In this document: positions 38,749 through 47,697 of the stretch, one piece after another
Position numbering within the stretch: the first letter of the stretch is position 1
Layout of the letters: each line of letters opens with the position of its first letter
DNA from: Clostridia bacterium
GTDB taxonomy: Bacteria > Bacillota > Clostridia > Oscillospirales > CAG-272
NCBI GenBank assembly: GCA_017450945.1
Contig: JAFSSP010000007.1
Coordinates: 28,487-92,486, forward strand
Length of the DNA: 64,000 nucleotides
Direction: 5' to 3'
Notes under the pieces: model-generated
Told to the model about the DNA's origin: nothing
Seen by the model: only the letters and a program-made list of their open reading frames with translations
Databases searched by the model: none
Program-made: the position numbers and the translations under genes

Positions 38749-38970
38749 ACGGTAGCCGGATTCGTGAGCGGAGTTTGCGGCTTTATTTCAAAGTGTTCCG
38801 GATACTCGCCTTCGGCGAGAGTGTTTCATAGATTGGGGTGGCCGGATTCGTGACCGGATTTTGCTCCGCAAGCGAAGCAAAGTGACGTTTTTTGCAAGAC
38901 AAAAAACGTCGGTCGATCCTCACCTGACCACCAAGCAAAACAGGCGACTCCCGGTGGGAGTCGCCTGTTT
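38749..38970 (-). repeat. two structured units downstream of tRNA-Gln with copies of the tRNA 3' end
   Basis: + strand TGGGGTGGCCGGATTCG at 38975 (tRNA) and 38834; decayed GGTAGCCGGATTCG at 38751; terminator at 38937-38971. Confidence 0.82.
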
Positions 38971-39045
38971 TGGCTGGGGTGGCCGGATTCGGACCGACGA
39001 ATGCCAGAGTCAAAGTCTGGTGCCTTACCGCTTGGCTACACCCCA
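38971..39045 (-). tRNA. tRNA-Gln (TTG)
   Basis: TGGGGTGTAGCCAAGCGGTAAGGCACCAGACTTTGACTCTGG...CACCCCAGCCA, 75 nt. Confidence 0.96.
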
Positions 39046-39104
39046 ATATTCACAAACAACAGTATTATAGCACAAAGCAAAATGACTGTCAATAGATTTT
39101 TGAT

Positions 39105-39137
39105 AGAAAAAGGCGTCGCCCGGCGACGCCTTTTTCT
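39105..39137 (-). terminator. intrinsic terminator of the der-obgE-rluA-DUF3810 cluster
   Basis: Palindrome AGAAAAAGGCGTCGCC-C-GGCGACGCCTTTTTCT. Confidence 0.8.
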
Positions 39138-39141
39138 GCTA

Positions 39142-40251
39142 TTATTTTGCAACGATATTTTCCGCTTTGAAGTAGGCTACCGCCAGATCCACCACAAGAT
39201 TATAACTGCGGGTTCCGGCTTTTGCGCCTTGAGATTTGAGATAGGTGTCATTGACAAAATCGTTGACGGTTGCCAAATTGCTGTTTTGGTATGGCTTGAA
39301 GAATTCCGCATAGGCAGCTTCCTCTTTTTGAACCGTTTCGGGAAGGATTCTCAAAAGCATGGAATAATACTCGGGATTGGTTTCATACATGGCGTTCATC
39401 ATATATTCCCAAAGGCTCAGCGCAGCACTATAGCGAATATAGGTGTCCTCGCTGTTCATGCATACCAGGTAGGCGACAAAATTTGCCTCGTCCTCTCTTG
39501 CGATTCCTCTTTGATGCGCCAGTTCATGGGCCATGGTAAATGGAAGCGTATAGTCGGGGAAATCGGTATTTACATTTGCTTCTCCTGTGGGAAAAGAGTA
39601 AATCCCGGTGATGTGGGAATAGGAAAGCAATTTGCTTGCAAACACAGGCTTGACTCTGGAATAATAAGTGCTTAAAAAATCATGATCCTTTGCAAAATCC
39701 TCGTATGCGGTAAGGAGCTTTTCGTTGAGTTCGTCAAAGGAATAGGGCATGATCGTGGCCCCGCTCTGTCCGGAAACCAGATCATATGAAAGATCCTTTA
39801 GTTCATCGGTCAAATACAGCGTTGAACGAAGCAGATCCACTTCTAAGACCGGTTCGCGATCCAGCTCCAGCTTTTTTTCGATCCCGCTTCCGCGGTATCC
39901 GGGCGCAAAGGTCCAGACAAAGAGGCAAAAGATGACGCAAACTCCGGAAAACAGCCGCAAAAGATAGGAGCTGAGGCGCCGGGAGCTTTTGACATAGCGG
40001 ATCGCTCCGAATACCAGAGCCGCAAACGCGACCGGAAGTGAGAGCACAAGCCATTCTCCGATCGAGAAGGGAAGAATCGAAGAGATTTTTGCCAGAACAT
40101 GACGCAAAAACTGCGCAATGCTTTGATTGAAGGCATCGGAAAACTCCGGAAAAAAGCAGAACACCAGGTACAGACCGAGTGAAAAAGCAGTTACAGCCCA
40201 GAGGATACTGCCCAAAACGAGAAAGACGGTATTTCGTTTGACTTTATTCAT
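39142..40251 (-). CDS. DUF3810 family membrane-anchored putative zinc metalloprotease
   Basis: PFSIGE, GIYSFPTGEANVN, AHELAHQRG..REDEANF. Confidence 0.88.
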   Translation of the reverse strand: MNKVKRNTVFLVLGSILWAVTAFSLGLYLVFCFFPEFSDAFNQSIAQFLRHVLAKISSILPFSIGEWLVLSLPVAFAALVFGAIRYVKSSRRLSSYLLRLFSGVCVIFCLFVWTFAPGYRGSGIEKKLELDREPVLEVDLLRSTLYLTDELKDLSYDLVSGQSGATIMPYSFDELNEKLLTAYEDFAKDHDFLSTYYSRVKPVFASKLLSYSHITGIYSFPTGEANVNTDFPDYTLPFTMAHELAHQRGIAREDEANFVAYLVCMNSEDTYIRYSAALSLWEYMMNAMYETNPEYYSMLLRILPETVQKEEAAYAEFFKPYQNSNLATVNDFVNDTYLKSQGAKAGTRSYNLVVDLAVAYFKAENIVAK

Positions 40252-41188
40252 GAAAAGTCTCCTTATAGCATGGTTCGAGTTCAAAATCATTTCCAAAACA
40301 CTTTTTTGCAAAGTTGGAAAAATCGGCAGGCGGCGGTGCCAAAACAGTCAGGCGTTCCTTGGTCGTCGGATGCGGAAAAGAAATGCGCAGAGCGTGCAGG
40401 GCATGCCGTAAAATACTTTCGCTTGGAGTTCCGTAAAGATCGTCTCCGGAAATCGGAAAGCCGTGGTGTGCAAACTGAACTCTCAGTTGATGCGTTCTGC
40501 CCGTGATCGGTCGCGCAAGGACTAAGGTGTGTCTCTCGCCCCGAAAAAGCACCCAAAACTCGGTTTTTGCAAACTCGGCGCCGGGAGCATCTTTTTCGCA
40601 GACCTCGCGCAAAATGATGCTTTTTTCGGTTCTGTGAAGATAGTCGCAAAGCGTTCCGGCATCCTCGCTCAGAACGCCGTCCAGAATGGCCAAGTATTCT
40701 TTGGAGAACTCGCCTTTTTGCAGGGATTTTGCCATTCTTCCGGCAGAGAGCCGATTCTTTGCCACCACCAAAAGACCGCTGGTATTGCGGTCGAGGCGGT
40801 TTACCGGGCGAAAGACGTAAGGAGTCCCGCATTCCCGGTAGCGGTAGGCAAGCGCGTTTGCAACCGTATCAAAATGGTGATCGCAGGAAGGGTGCGTCGG
40901 CATGTTTGCTGGCTTTGACGGCACGACGAGATCTTCGTCCTCGTATAGGATTGTAAGCGGAAGATCGACAGGGTCGATCCTCTCCTCGGCCTCTGCGTCG
41001 TCAAGCGCGATCGAGAGCCTGTCGCCCTCCTGCAGAATGGCACGGACGGTTACATGGGAGCCGTTGAGCAAAATCCCATCCTCGCGGAATTTGACCGAGC
41101 GCAAGAGCTTTTTTGACGGATGCAATTGTTCTATGAGAAAACTCTTGAGAACTTTTCCGTCGTCTTCTTTTGCAATGAGAAACTCCAT
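40244..41188 (-). CDS. RluA family pseudouridine synthase
   Basis: NRLDRNTSG, TGRTHQLRV, GDDLYG, ALHA. Confidence 0.93.
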   Translation of the reverse strand: MEFLIAKEDDGKVLKSFLIEQLHPSKKLLRSVKFREDGILLNGSHVTVRAILQEGDRLSIALDDAEAEERIDPVDLPLTILYEDEDLVVPSKPANMPTHPSCDHHFDTVANALAYRYRECGTPYVFRPVNRLDRNTSGLLVVAKNRLSAGRMAKSLQKGEFSKEYLAILDGVLSEDAGTLCDYLHRTEKSIILREVCEKDAPGAEFAKTEFWVLFRGERHTLVLARPITGRTHQLRVQFAHHGFPISGDDLYGTPSESILRHALHALRISFPHPTTKERLTVLAPPPADFSNFAKKCFGNDFELEPCYKETFHE

Positions 41189-42468
41189 TATTTGATATAA
41201 TCAAATTCAAAACCGTAGACAGAGACGGTGTCTCCGTCCTGGCAACCCTTGGATTCCAGCAGTTCAAATACGCCGCTGCGCTGCAGAACCTTTTGAAAAT
41301 AGTTGAGCGACTCGTAGTCGGTAAAATTGATCTGTCCCATGAGATTCTTGAGCCATTCGCCTTCGAGATAGAAGGTGTTGTTCTCTCGGCGTACCGTCGT
41401 TTCCTTCCCGCCGCCAACGTAGGCGTCCTCGGGATCGTATTCGCGTTCGTAAATCCTCATGGGGGGAAGATCCAAAAGGCGTTTTGCGGTGTGATCCACC
41501 AGTTCGTCAAGCCCTTCGCCGGTGATTGCAGAAACGTAGAACAGCTCCCAGCCGTTTTCTTTTACGAAGGTTTCAAAGGCAGAAAGATCGGTGTTTTCGC
41601 GATCGAGAGAGTCCACTTTATTTGCCACGATGATCTGCGGTCTTGTTGCAAGCTCGGGGCTGTAGCGTTCCAGCTCGGTGTTGATGATCTTGATATCTTC
41701 CACAGGATCTCTGCCTTCGATCGAGGCGATATCCACAATATGGAGTAGCAGACGGCAGCGGTCGACATGACGTAAGAATGCGTGACCGAGCCCCGCGCCT
41801 TCGGAGGCTCCTTCGATGAGCCCGGGAATATCCGCGGCAACAAATCCTGTCTCACCCTTGGTGCGTACCACACCGAGGTTGGGAGAAAGGGTAGTAAAGT
41901 GATAGTCCGCAATTTTCGGCTTTGCGGCACTGATGCGGGAAAGGATCGAGGATTTTCCGACGCTCGGGTAACCGATGAGTCCTACGTCGGCAAGCATTTT
42001 GAGTTCGAGAGTCAGTTCTCTCGATTCTCCCTCGGTGCCGTTCTTTGCAAAAAGCGGAACCTGGCGCGTCGGCGTTGCAAAATGCTTATTTCCAAAGCCG
42101 CCTCTGCCGCCTTTGCAACAGAGATAGTCTGCTCCGTCGTCCTCCGACATATCGTGCAGGACTTTGCCGCTCTCAGCATCTTTGATCAGGGTTCCTGGCG
42201 GGACCAAGATCACAAGATCCTCGGCGGTAGCACCATGAAACTTGGAGCCTTTGCCGTCACCGCCGCGCGCGGCGATAAACTTGTGTTTGTAGCGGAAGGC
42301 AAGCAGGGTATTGCAACCGGGATCAACTCGGAAGACAATGTTACCGCCATGCCCTCCGTCGCCGCCGTCCGGGCCGCCAGCCGCAACGTATTTTTCACGC
42401 CGAAAAGAGACGGCACCATTGCCGCCGTCCCCGGCTTTGACAAAAATTTTGACCTGATCGACAAACAT
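41188..42468 (-). CDS. obgE: GTPase ObgE/CgtA
   Basis: MFVDQVKI, Gly-rich Obg fold, GYPSVGKS, DIPGLIEGA, NKVD. Confidence 0.98.
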   Translation of the reverse strand: MFVDQVKIFVKAGDGGNGAVSFRREKYVAAGGPDGGDGGHGGNIVFRVDPGCNTLLAFRYKHKFIAARGGDGKGSKFHGATAEDLVILVPPGTLIKDAESGKVLHDMSEDDGADYLCCKGGRGGFGNKHFATPTRQVPLFAKNGTEGESRELTLELKMLADVGLIGYPSVGKSSILSRISAAKPKIADYHFTTLSPNLGVVRTKGETGFVAADIPGLIEGASEGAGLGHAFLRHVDRCRLLLHIVDIASIEGRDPVEDIKIINTELERYSPELATRPQIIVANKVDSLDRENTDLSAFETFVKENGWELFYVSAITGEGLDELVDHTAKRLLDLPPMRIYEREYDPEDAYVGGGKETTVRRENNTFYLEGEWLKNLMGQINFTDYESLNYFQKVLQRSGVFELLESKGCQDGDTVSVYGFEFDYIK

Positions 42469-42492
42469 AAAAAGTTCCTTCCAAAAGAAGAA

Positions 42493-43827
42493 TTAGTCTG
42501 CGTCATCGCCCTTCATACGGATGATGAGTTTGATCGGCGTTCCCGAGAACCCGAAGGTCTCGCGCAGGCAGTTTTCGATATAGCGTTGATAGGAGAAGTG
42601 GAACAGTTCCACATTGTTGCAAAAGATCACAAAGGTCGGAGGTGCGACGCCGATCTGCGTCATATAATAGATTTTCAGCCTGCGGCCTTTGTCTGTGGGC
42701 GGCTGTACCCTTATCATCGCGTCGCCCAGCACGTCGTTGAGCATTCCGGTTGTCACGCGCATGACCGACTGACCGTAGACATAAAGGATTCTCTCATACA
42801 GCGTTTCTACCCTCTGACCGGTCTTTGCCGAGACGTACAGGATCGGCGCATAGGTCATATAGGCAAGCTCTGTGCGGATCTTGTTGTTGAACTCGTTAAC
42901 CGTGGAATTGTCCTTTTCGATCCGATCCCATTTGTTGACGACGATGATGGTTGCTTTGCCTGCTTCGTGCGCAATCCCGGCAATTTTGGTATCCTGGTCG
43001 GTGATGCCGGTCGTCGCGTCGATCATAAGCAGGCAGACGTTGGCGCGCTCGACCGCCATGTGCGCTCGAAGCACGCTGAAGTGTTCGATCTTATCTTCGA
43101 TCTTGGACTGGCGGCGAATCCCCGCCGTGTCGATAAAGGTGAATTTTCCATACGCATTTTCGACCTGGGTATCCACCGCGTCGCGGGTGGTCCCGGCGAT
43201 CTCGGATACGATGAGACGGTTTTCACAGAGCAGGCGATTGATGATCGAGGATTTTCCGGCATTCGGTTTTCCGATGACGGCGATTTTAATGCTGTCATCC
43301 TCTTCCTCTTCACCCACTTCTTGCTCGTTGAGCGCTTCCACACAGGCGTCGAGCAGATCACCGGTCCCGTTGCCGTGCGAGCTTGAGATGCTGATCGGAT
43401 CTTCGCGGAACCCGAGCTCGTAAAACTCGTAGAACGCCATGGGAGGATCGCCTACGTTATCGCACTTGTTGACGCAAAGAATGACCGGTTTCCCGCTTTT
43501 CTTCAGCGTTGTGGCGATTTCACGGTCGTCGGCGGTCAAGCCTGCGCGCACGTCGCAGAGAAAGACGATCACGTTTGCGCTCTCGATGGCAAGTTCGGCT
43601 TGCGCACGCATCTGAGAGAGGATGATATCGTTTGTTTTCGGTTCAATACCGCCGGTATCGACCAGGATCATTTTGCGACCGCGCCATTCGCATTCGCCGT
43701 AGATCCTGTCGCGCGTCACGCCGGGCGTATCCTCAACGATCGAGCGCCGCTCGCCGATGAGCTTATTGAAGAGGGTGCTTTTTCCCACGTTGGGGCGCCC
43801 TACAATGGCAATGATTGGTTTTGACAT
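42493..43827 (-). CDS. der: ribosome biogenesis GTPase Der
   Basis: Two GTPase domains (GRPNVGKS, GKPNAGKS) and a KH-like tail. Confidence 0.98.
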   Translation of the reverse strand: MSKPIIAIVGRPNVGKSTLFNKLIGERRSIVEDTPGVTRDRIYGECEWRGRKMILVDTGGIEPKTNDIILSQMRAQAELAIESANVIVFLCDVRAGLTADDREIATTLKKSGKPVILCVNKCDNVGDPPMAFYEFYELGFREDPISISSSHGNGTGDLLDACVEALNEQEVGEEEEDDSIKIAVIGKPNAGKSSIINRLLCENRLIVSEIAGTTRDAVDTQVENAYGKFTFIDTAGIRRQSKIEDKIEHFSVLRAHMAVERANVCLLMIDATTGITDQDTKIAGIAHEAGKATIIVVNKWDRIEKDNSTVNEFNNKIRTELAYMTYAPILYVSAKTGQRVETLYERILYVYGQSVMRVTTGMLNDVLGDAMIRVQPPTDKGRRLKIYYMTQIGVAPPTFVIFCNNVELFHFSYQRYIENCLRETFGFSGTPIKLIIRMKGDDAD

Positions 43828-43841
43828 GGCAAATCCTTTCG

Positions 43842-45161
43842 TTATTCGTTGATTCCGAGTACCGTTCGCACAAATCCGTCGCCCGTGCAGGGGCAGGTGC
43901 GCAAATGTACTCCAAGCGCCGCTTCGAGGTCGGCGGGAGTCTTGTCATCAAGAAAGATCTCTTCGTCGGCTTTGAGCATCACAGCGGGGTAGAGGAGTTC
44001 TTCTCCGAGATCTTTTCCTTTGAGCTGCTCGATCACGTCCTGCCCGGTGATCAGCCCCGCTACCGTGACGTTCTCTCCAAAGAAGTTGTTTTTGATCTCA
44101 TAGACTGCTACTTTCAAGAGCGGGAACGCATCGGTCAATTCTTTTGCCGCTTTGCGGATCGTTCCCGCGGCGGCGACTCCCGTGATCACGGAGACTGAGC
44201 GAGGCTTTTTCAGGGCAAATCCTTCCTCTTGCAGAGCTTCTGTTTCAAATGCAAAATCGGTTTCAAAAGAGGTGATCATGCCAACGCCGTTTTCAATCTG
44301 TGAATAGTCCTCGTAGAACTCGTCATTCGGAAGCGGCACGCCGGCTTTGAGATAAAACTCGTCCGAACAATAAAACAGTCGCGTGCCGTATTGTTTCCTG
44401 CAATAGTTGCCGAAGGCGTTGACCTCGTCTAACACCGCTTTGCAGTCCTCTTTGGTAAAGGGCTCCAGCGGGTAGAGGCTGTCGCGAAATTTGGTTAGCC
44501 CCACCGGGACGACCGAGCAGGATTTGAGCGCAGGATAAAGCGAGAGAAGGTCGTGCATGGTGCGGTCGAGCTCGTTTCCATCATTGATCCCTTTGCAAAG
44601 CACGATCTGGGTGCAGAGCGAGATCCCGGCGTCGGCAAGACGACGGAGATAGGAAAGCACCTCGCCCGCGCGCTTGTTTTTCATCATTTGCACGCGAAGC
44701 TCGGGATTGGTCGTGTGAACCGAAATATTGACCGGCGAGAGGTGCATCTCGATGATGCGGTCGATGTCCTCGTCATGAAGGTTGGTCAGCGTGACGTAGT
44801 TGCCATGCAAAAAGGACAGGCGATCGTCGTCATCCTTAAAGTACAGGCTTTTGCGCAGTCCTTTTGGAAGCTGGTCAATGAAGCAGAAGACGCATTTGTT
44901 GGCGCAGGAATGCTTTTTGTCCATGAGCGCGCTGGAAAACTCAAGACCGATGTCAAAGAGGTTTTCCTGCTTGGAGAAACGGATGGTATGCTCGATCCCA
45001 TCCCTGCACACGACAAGCTCAATGTTTCGGTCGGTCATGTAAAACCGGTAGTCGAGAACGTCTCTTATCGGGTGACCGTTGATGGAAAGGAGGCGATCGT
45101 CAGCTTTGAGTCCCACGGCTTCCGCAAGCGTTTTGGGACAAACTTTTTGAATGATGACCAT
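43842..45161 (-). CDS. DUF512 family radical SAM protein with N-terminal PDZ-like domain
   Basis: CANKCVFCFIDQLP, KDDDDRLSFL.GNY, QIENGVG; AAGGAGG RBS. Confidence 0.9.
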   Translation of the reverse strand: MVIIQKVCPKTLAEAVGLKADDRLLSINGHPIRDVLDYRFYMTDRNIELVVCRDGIEHTIRFSKQENLFDIGLEFSSALMDKKHSCANKCVFCFIDQLPKGLRKSLYFKDDDDRLSFLHGNYVTLTNLHDEDIDRIIEMHLSPVNISVHTTNPELRVQMMKNKRAGEVLSYLRRLADAGISLCTQIVLCKGINDGNELDRTMHDLLSLYPALKSCSVVPVGLTKFRDSLYPLEPFTKEDCKAVLDEVNAFGNYCRKQYGTRLFYCSDEFYLKAGVPLPNDEFYEDYSQIENGVGMITSFETDFAFETEALQEEGFALKKPRSVSVITGVAAAGTIRKAAKELTDAFPLLKVAVYEIKNNFFGENVTVAGLITGQDVIEQLKGKDLGEELLYPAVMLKADEEIFLDDKTPADLEAALGVHLRTCPCTGDGFVRTVLGINE

Positions 45162-45278
45162 AAGCGCATCCTCCTTCCAATCTTTATAACATATTATTTT
45201 ACCATGTAAAGCGTAAAAAGTCAATGGAAATCAAGAAAAAGGGAAGTCCTACTTGTAAAAAAGGACTTCCCGTATCTA

Positions 45279-46157
45279 TTATTTTGTCGTTTTTGCAAGG
45301 ATTTTCTCCAGTTCGCTTGTAAGAGAAACAAACAAGGAAATATCCAATTCCTCGCCGCGCACGGTCGGTGACAACCCCATCGAGGACAGGCAGGCCGTAA
45401 TCTCCGCTTTGTCAAGTTCTGGAAAGCCCGCCGAAAGGGCATTTGCAAGAATTTTTCTGCGTTCGCCGAACGCGGCCTTGATCGTGCGGAAGAGCAGATC
45501 GGCGTTTGTATCCCGATAGGGGGATTCCCGAAAGAGTTTGATCCGCACCACCGCCGAATCGACCTTTGGTGGCGGCAGAAATTTTCCGGCAGGGACCAAA
45601 AAGAGACGTTCGGCAACTCCGTAATAGGCAAGTGCGACCGTGATCGCGCCGTAGTCCTTGCTTTTTGCCTTGGCAGAGAGGCGGTCGGCCACCTCTTTTT
45701 GCACCATGACGGTGATTGAATCAAAGGGAAGTCCGCTCTCAAGCAGCTTCATAAGGATCGGCGTTGTGATATAGTAGGGAAGATTGGCGCAAACCGAAAC
45801 CGGGCCTCGCTCGAAATCCGCTTTGAGAAGCGTGGGAAGGTCGGCTTTCATCACGTCTTCGTTGATCACTTGGACGTTTGAACAGTCGGCAAGCGTCTCT
45901 GAAAGGATCGGAATGAGTCCGCGGTCAATTTCCAGGGCGACGACCTTTTCATAGCGATATGCCAGCTCGCGCGTCAGCGTCCCGACGCCGGGGCCGATCT
46001 CAAGAATTGTGCGCTCGTGCGTCTCTCCCGCGGCGTCGGCAATGTCTTCAACGACTGTGGAATCCATCAAAAAGTTCTGCCCGAACTCTTTGCGAAAAGT
46101 TACGCCATAGGCGCTCATGAGGTCGCGCACCTGCTTTGGATTGTAAAGATTGATCAT
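45279..46157 (-). CDS. rsmA: 16S rRNA dimethyladenosine transferase
   Basis: GQNFL, EIGPG, ANLPYYITTP, PPPKVDSAVV. Confidence 0.97.
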   Translation of the reverse strand: MINLYNPKQVRDLMSAYGVTFRKEFGQNFLMDSTVVEDIADAAGETHERTILEIGPGVGTLTRELAYRYEKVVALEIDRGLIPILSETLADCSNVQVINEDVMKADLPTLLKADFERGPVSVCANLPYYITTPILMKLLESGLPFDSITVMVQKEVADRLSAKAKSKDYGAITVALAYYGVAERLFLVPAGKFLPPPKVDSAVVRIKLFRESPYRDTNADLLFRTIKAAFGERRKILANALSAGFPELDKAEITACLSSMGLSPTVRGEELDISLFVSLTSELEKILAKTTK

Positions 46158-46223
46158 CTGTTTTTCCTCGTCTTGGAGATACTGAAAAAATCATACCATA
46201 AAAAGGCCGATCTGTCAAGAACG

Positions 46224-46292
46224 ACCACTTATGCCCGAAAATCTACCACTTGGGCAAAATCTATTTACAAATCCGGCGTTCGGGATTATAAT
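46224..46292 (+). promoter_or_regulatory. LytTR operator direct repeat plus sigma-A promoter
   Basis: ACCACTTAT-N12-ACCACTTGG (46224-46253), then TTTACA-17-TATAAT (46264-46292). Confidence 0.75.
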
Positions 46293-46318
46293 GAAATCAT
46301 CAAAAGGGAGGTGATTCT

Positions 46319-46774
46319 GTGAAGCTTCGGATCGAGATCGACCCGGACGGACCGGAAGAAGTTGTCATCAAGGCAAAAGCAATCACAGAGAGCCTGCAAA
46401 ACCTGCAAACCAAGCTGGAGCGCACGCTGAACGCCTCTGGAGAGATCGCCTTAAAGAAAGGCAACGAAGAGTTTTATCTGCCTTACCGCGAGATCCTCTA
46501 TTTTGAGACCGAAGGGAAGTCGGTAACGGCTTACACCAAGGACGAGGCCTTTCAAACCGCTCTGCATCTGAACGAGCTTTCCTTGCTTTTGCCAAAATCC
46601 TTTACGCGGGCTTCCAAGAGCTGTATTGTCAACACGGCAAAAATCTGCTCGATTGTGCGCAGCCCGACCGGGGTCAGCGTCGCCCGCTTTTCGGGAAGCG
46701 ACAGCATCCTCTATATTTCCAGAAAGTATTATCACGTCGTGCGTGAGATCATTGAAGAAACGAGGTTAAACTAA
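46319..46774 (+). CDS. stand-alone LytTR family transcriptional regulator
   Basis: MKLRIEID..EEVVI, ILYFET, FTRASKSCIVN, ISRKYY. Confidence 0.9.
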   Translation: MKLRIEIDPDGPEEVVIKAKAITESLQNLQTKLERTLNASGEIALKKGNEEFYLPYREILYFETEGKSVTAYTKDEAFQTALHLNELSLLLPKSFTRASKSCIVNTAKICSIVRSPTGVSVARFSGSDSILYISRKYYHVVREIIEETRLN

Positions 46775-46775
46775 C

Positions 46776-47495
46776 ATGGCAAACTGCAAAAACAAATCCT
46801 GCGATAAAAAACGCTATCAAGCGATCTTTTGGGGCCTTGTCCTCATCCTTGCCGCCGCGGTCCTCATTCTGGACGGCGTTGGCGTAGCCCTTGCTCCCGG
46901 CTTTACCCCATGGAGAATCATCGGCAGAGTATTGCTCCTTGCCTGGGTGGTCTACGAGATCGTTCGTCTGAAATTTGCCGATATCTTTTTCCCACTTGCT
47001 CTCTTGTTCTTACTTTTCAAAGATCCGCTTGCCGATCTTCTTAGCTGGAACAAAGAGAAGATTCCGAAAGCATGGATCATCCTGCTTGCGGCGATCCTCA
47101 TCAGCATCGGTCTTCACATCATTTTTGACCGCAAGAAAACCGTTTATGTCAACGGCGTAAAGGTGGAAAACGAAAAAATCGGCGTTGGAAAGATGGGGAA
47201 AGAGACCTTTTATGCCGACGCGGCCGATCTCTCCGGATACACCATCAAGGATCATCTCGGCGCGGTGGAGCTGTTTGTCACCAACAAAGAATCCTATGTG
47301 GGAAGCGGCGTTATCACGATTTGCGATAATCTTGGTCTTGTGACCCTGCATTTGCCGGGAGATTGGAACGTCTTGACCCAGTGCAGAGACAACCTCGGTA
47401 CCATCTCGGTTCCCGAACATGAAGCGACGGGCGAGAAGAGCATTACCCTTGACGTTTACGATAATCTTGGGAAGGTTGAAGTGAAGTTTGAGTAA
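46776..47495 (+). CDS. LiaF-like membrane protein, probable inhibitor partner of the LytTR regulator
   Basis: IFWGLVLIL, about 4 TMs, C-terminal beta-repeat domain; begins 1 nt after the LytTR stop. Confidence 0.72.
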   Translation: MANCKNKSCDKKRYQAIFWGLVLILAAAVLILDGVGVALAPGFTPWRIIGRVLLLAWVVYEIVRLKFADIFFPLALLFLLFKDPLADLLSWNKEKIPKAWIILLAAILISIGLHIIFDRKKTVYVNGVKVENEKIGVGKMGKETFYADAADLSGYTIKDHLGAVELFVTNKESYVGSGVITICDNLGLVTLHLPGDWNVLTQCRDNLGTISVPEHEATGEKSITLDVYDNLGKVEVKFE

Positions 47496-47496
47496 A

Positions 47497-47697
47497 AGTT
47501 AGATAGGACTTGAACTCTGCACAAGTGCGCTTTTCAATCTGCAAAAACTTTATAGCTATTTAGCGCACGAGACGTTTTTCTCGACGGCTGAACACCGTCG
47601 TTTTGCAAGCAAAAACGAAAAACGTCGGTGCGATTCTGCGTATCCATCAGAAGACTCAGAAAAAGTCGGGAGCCCCCAAGGGACTCCCGACTTTTTC
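47497..47697 (-). repeat. single ~200-bp structured unit downstream of tRNA-Leu(TAG)
   Basis: Terminator at 47658-47698; module 47571-47626 nearly identical to the tRNA-Pro units; partial tRNA 3' copy GATAGGACTTGAAC(T)CTGCACA at 47502-47523. Confidence 0.85.
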
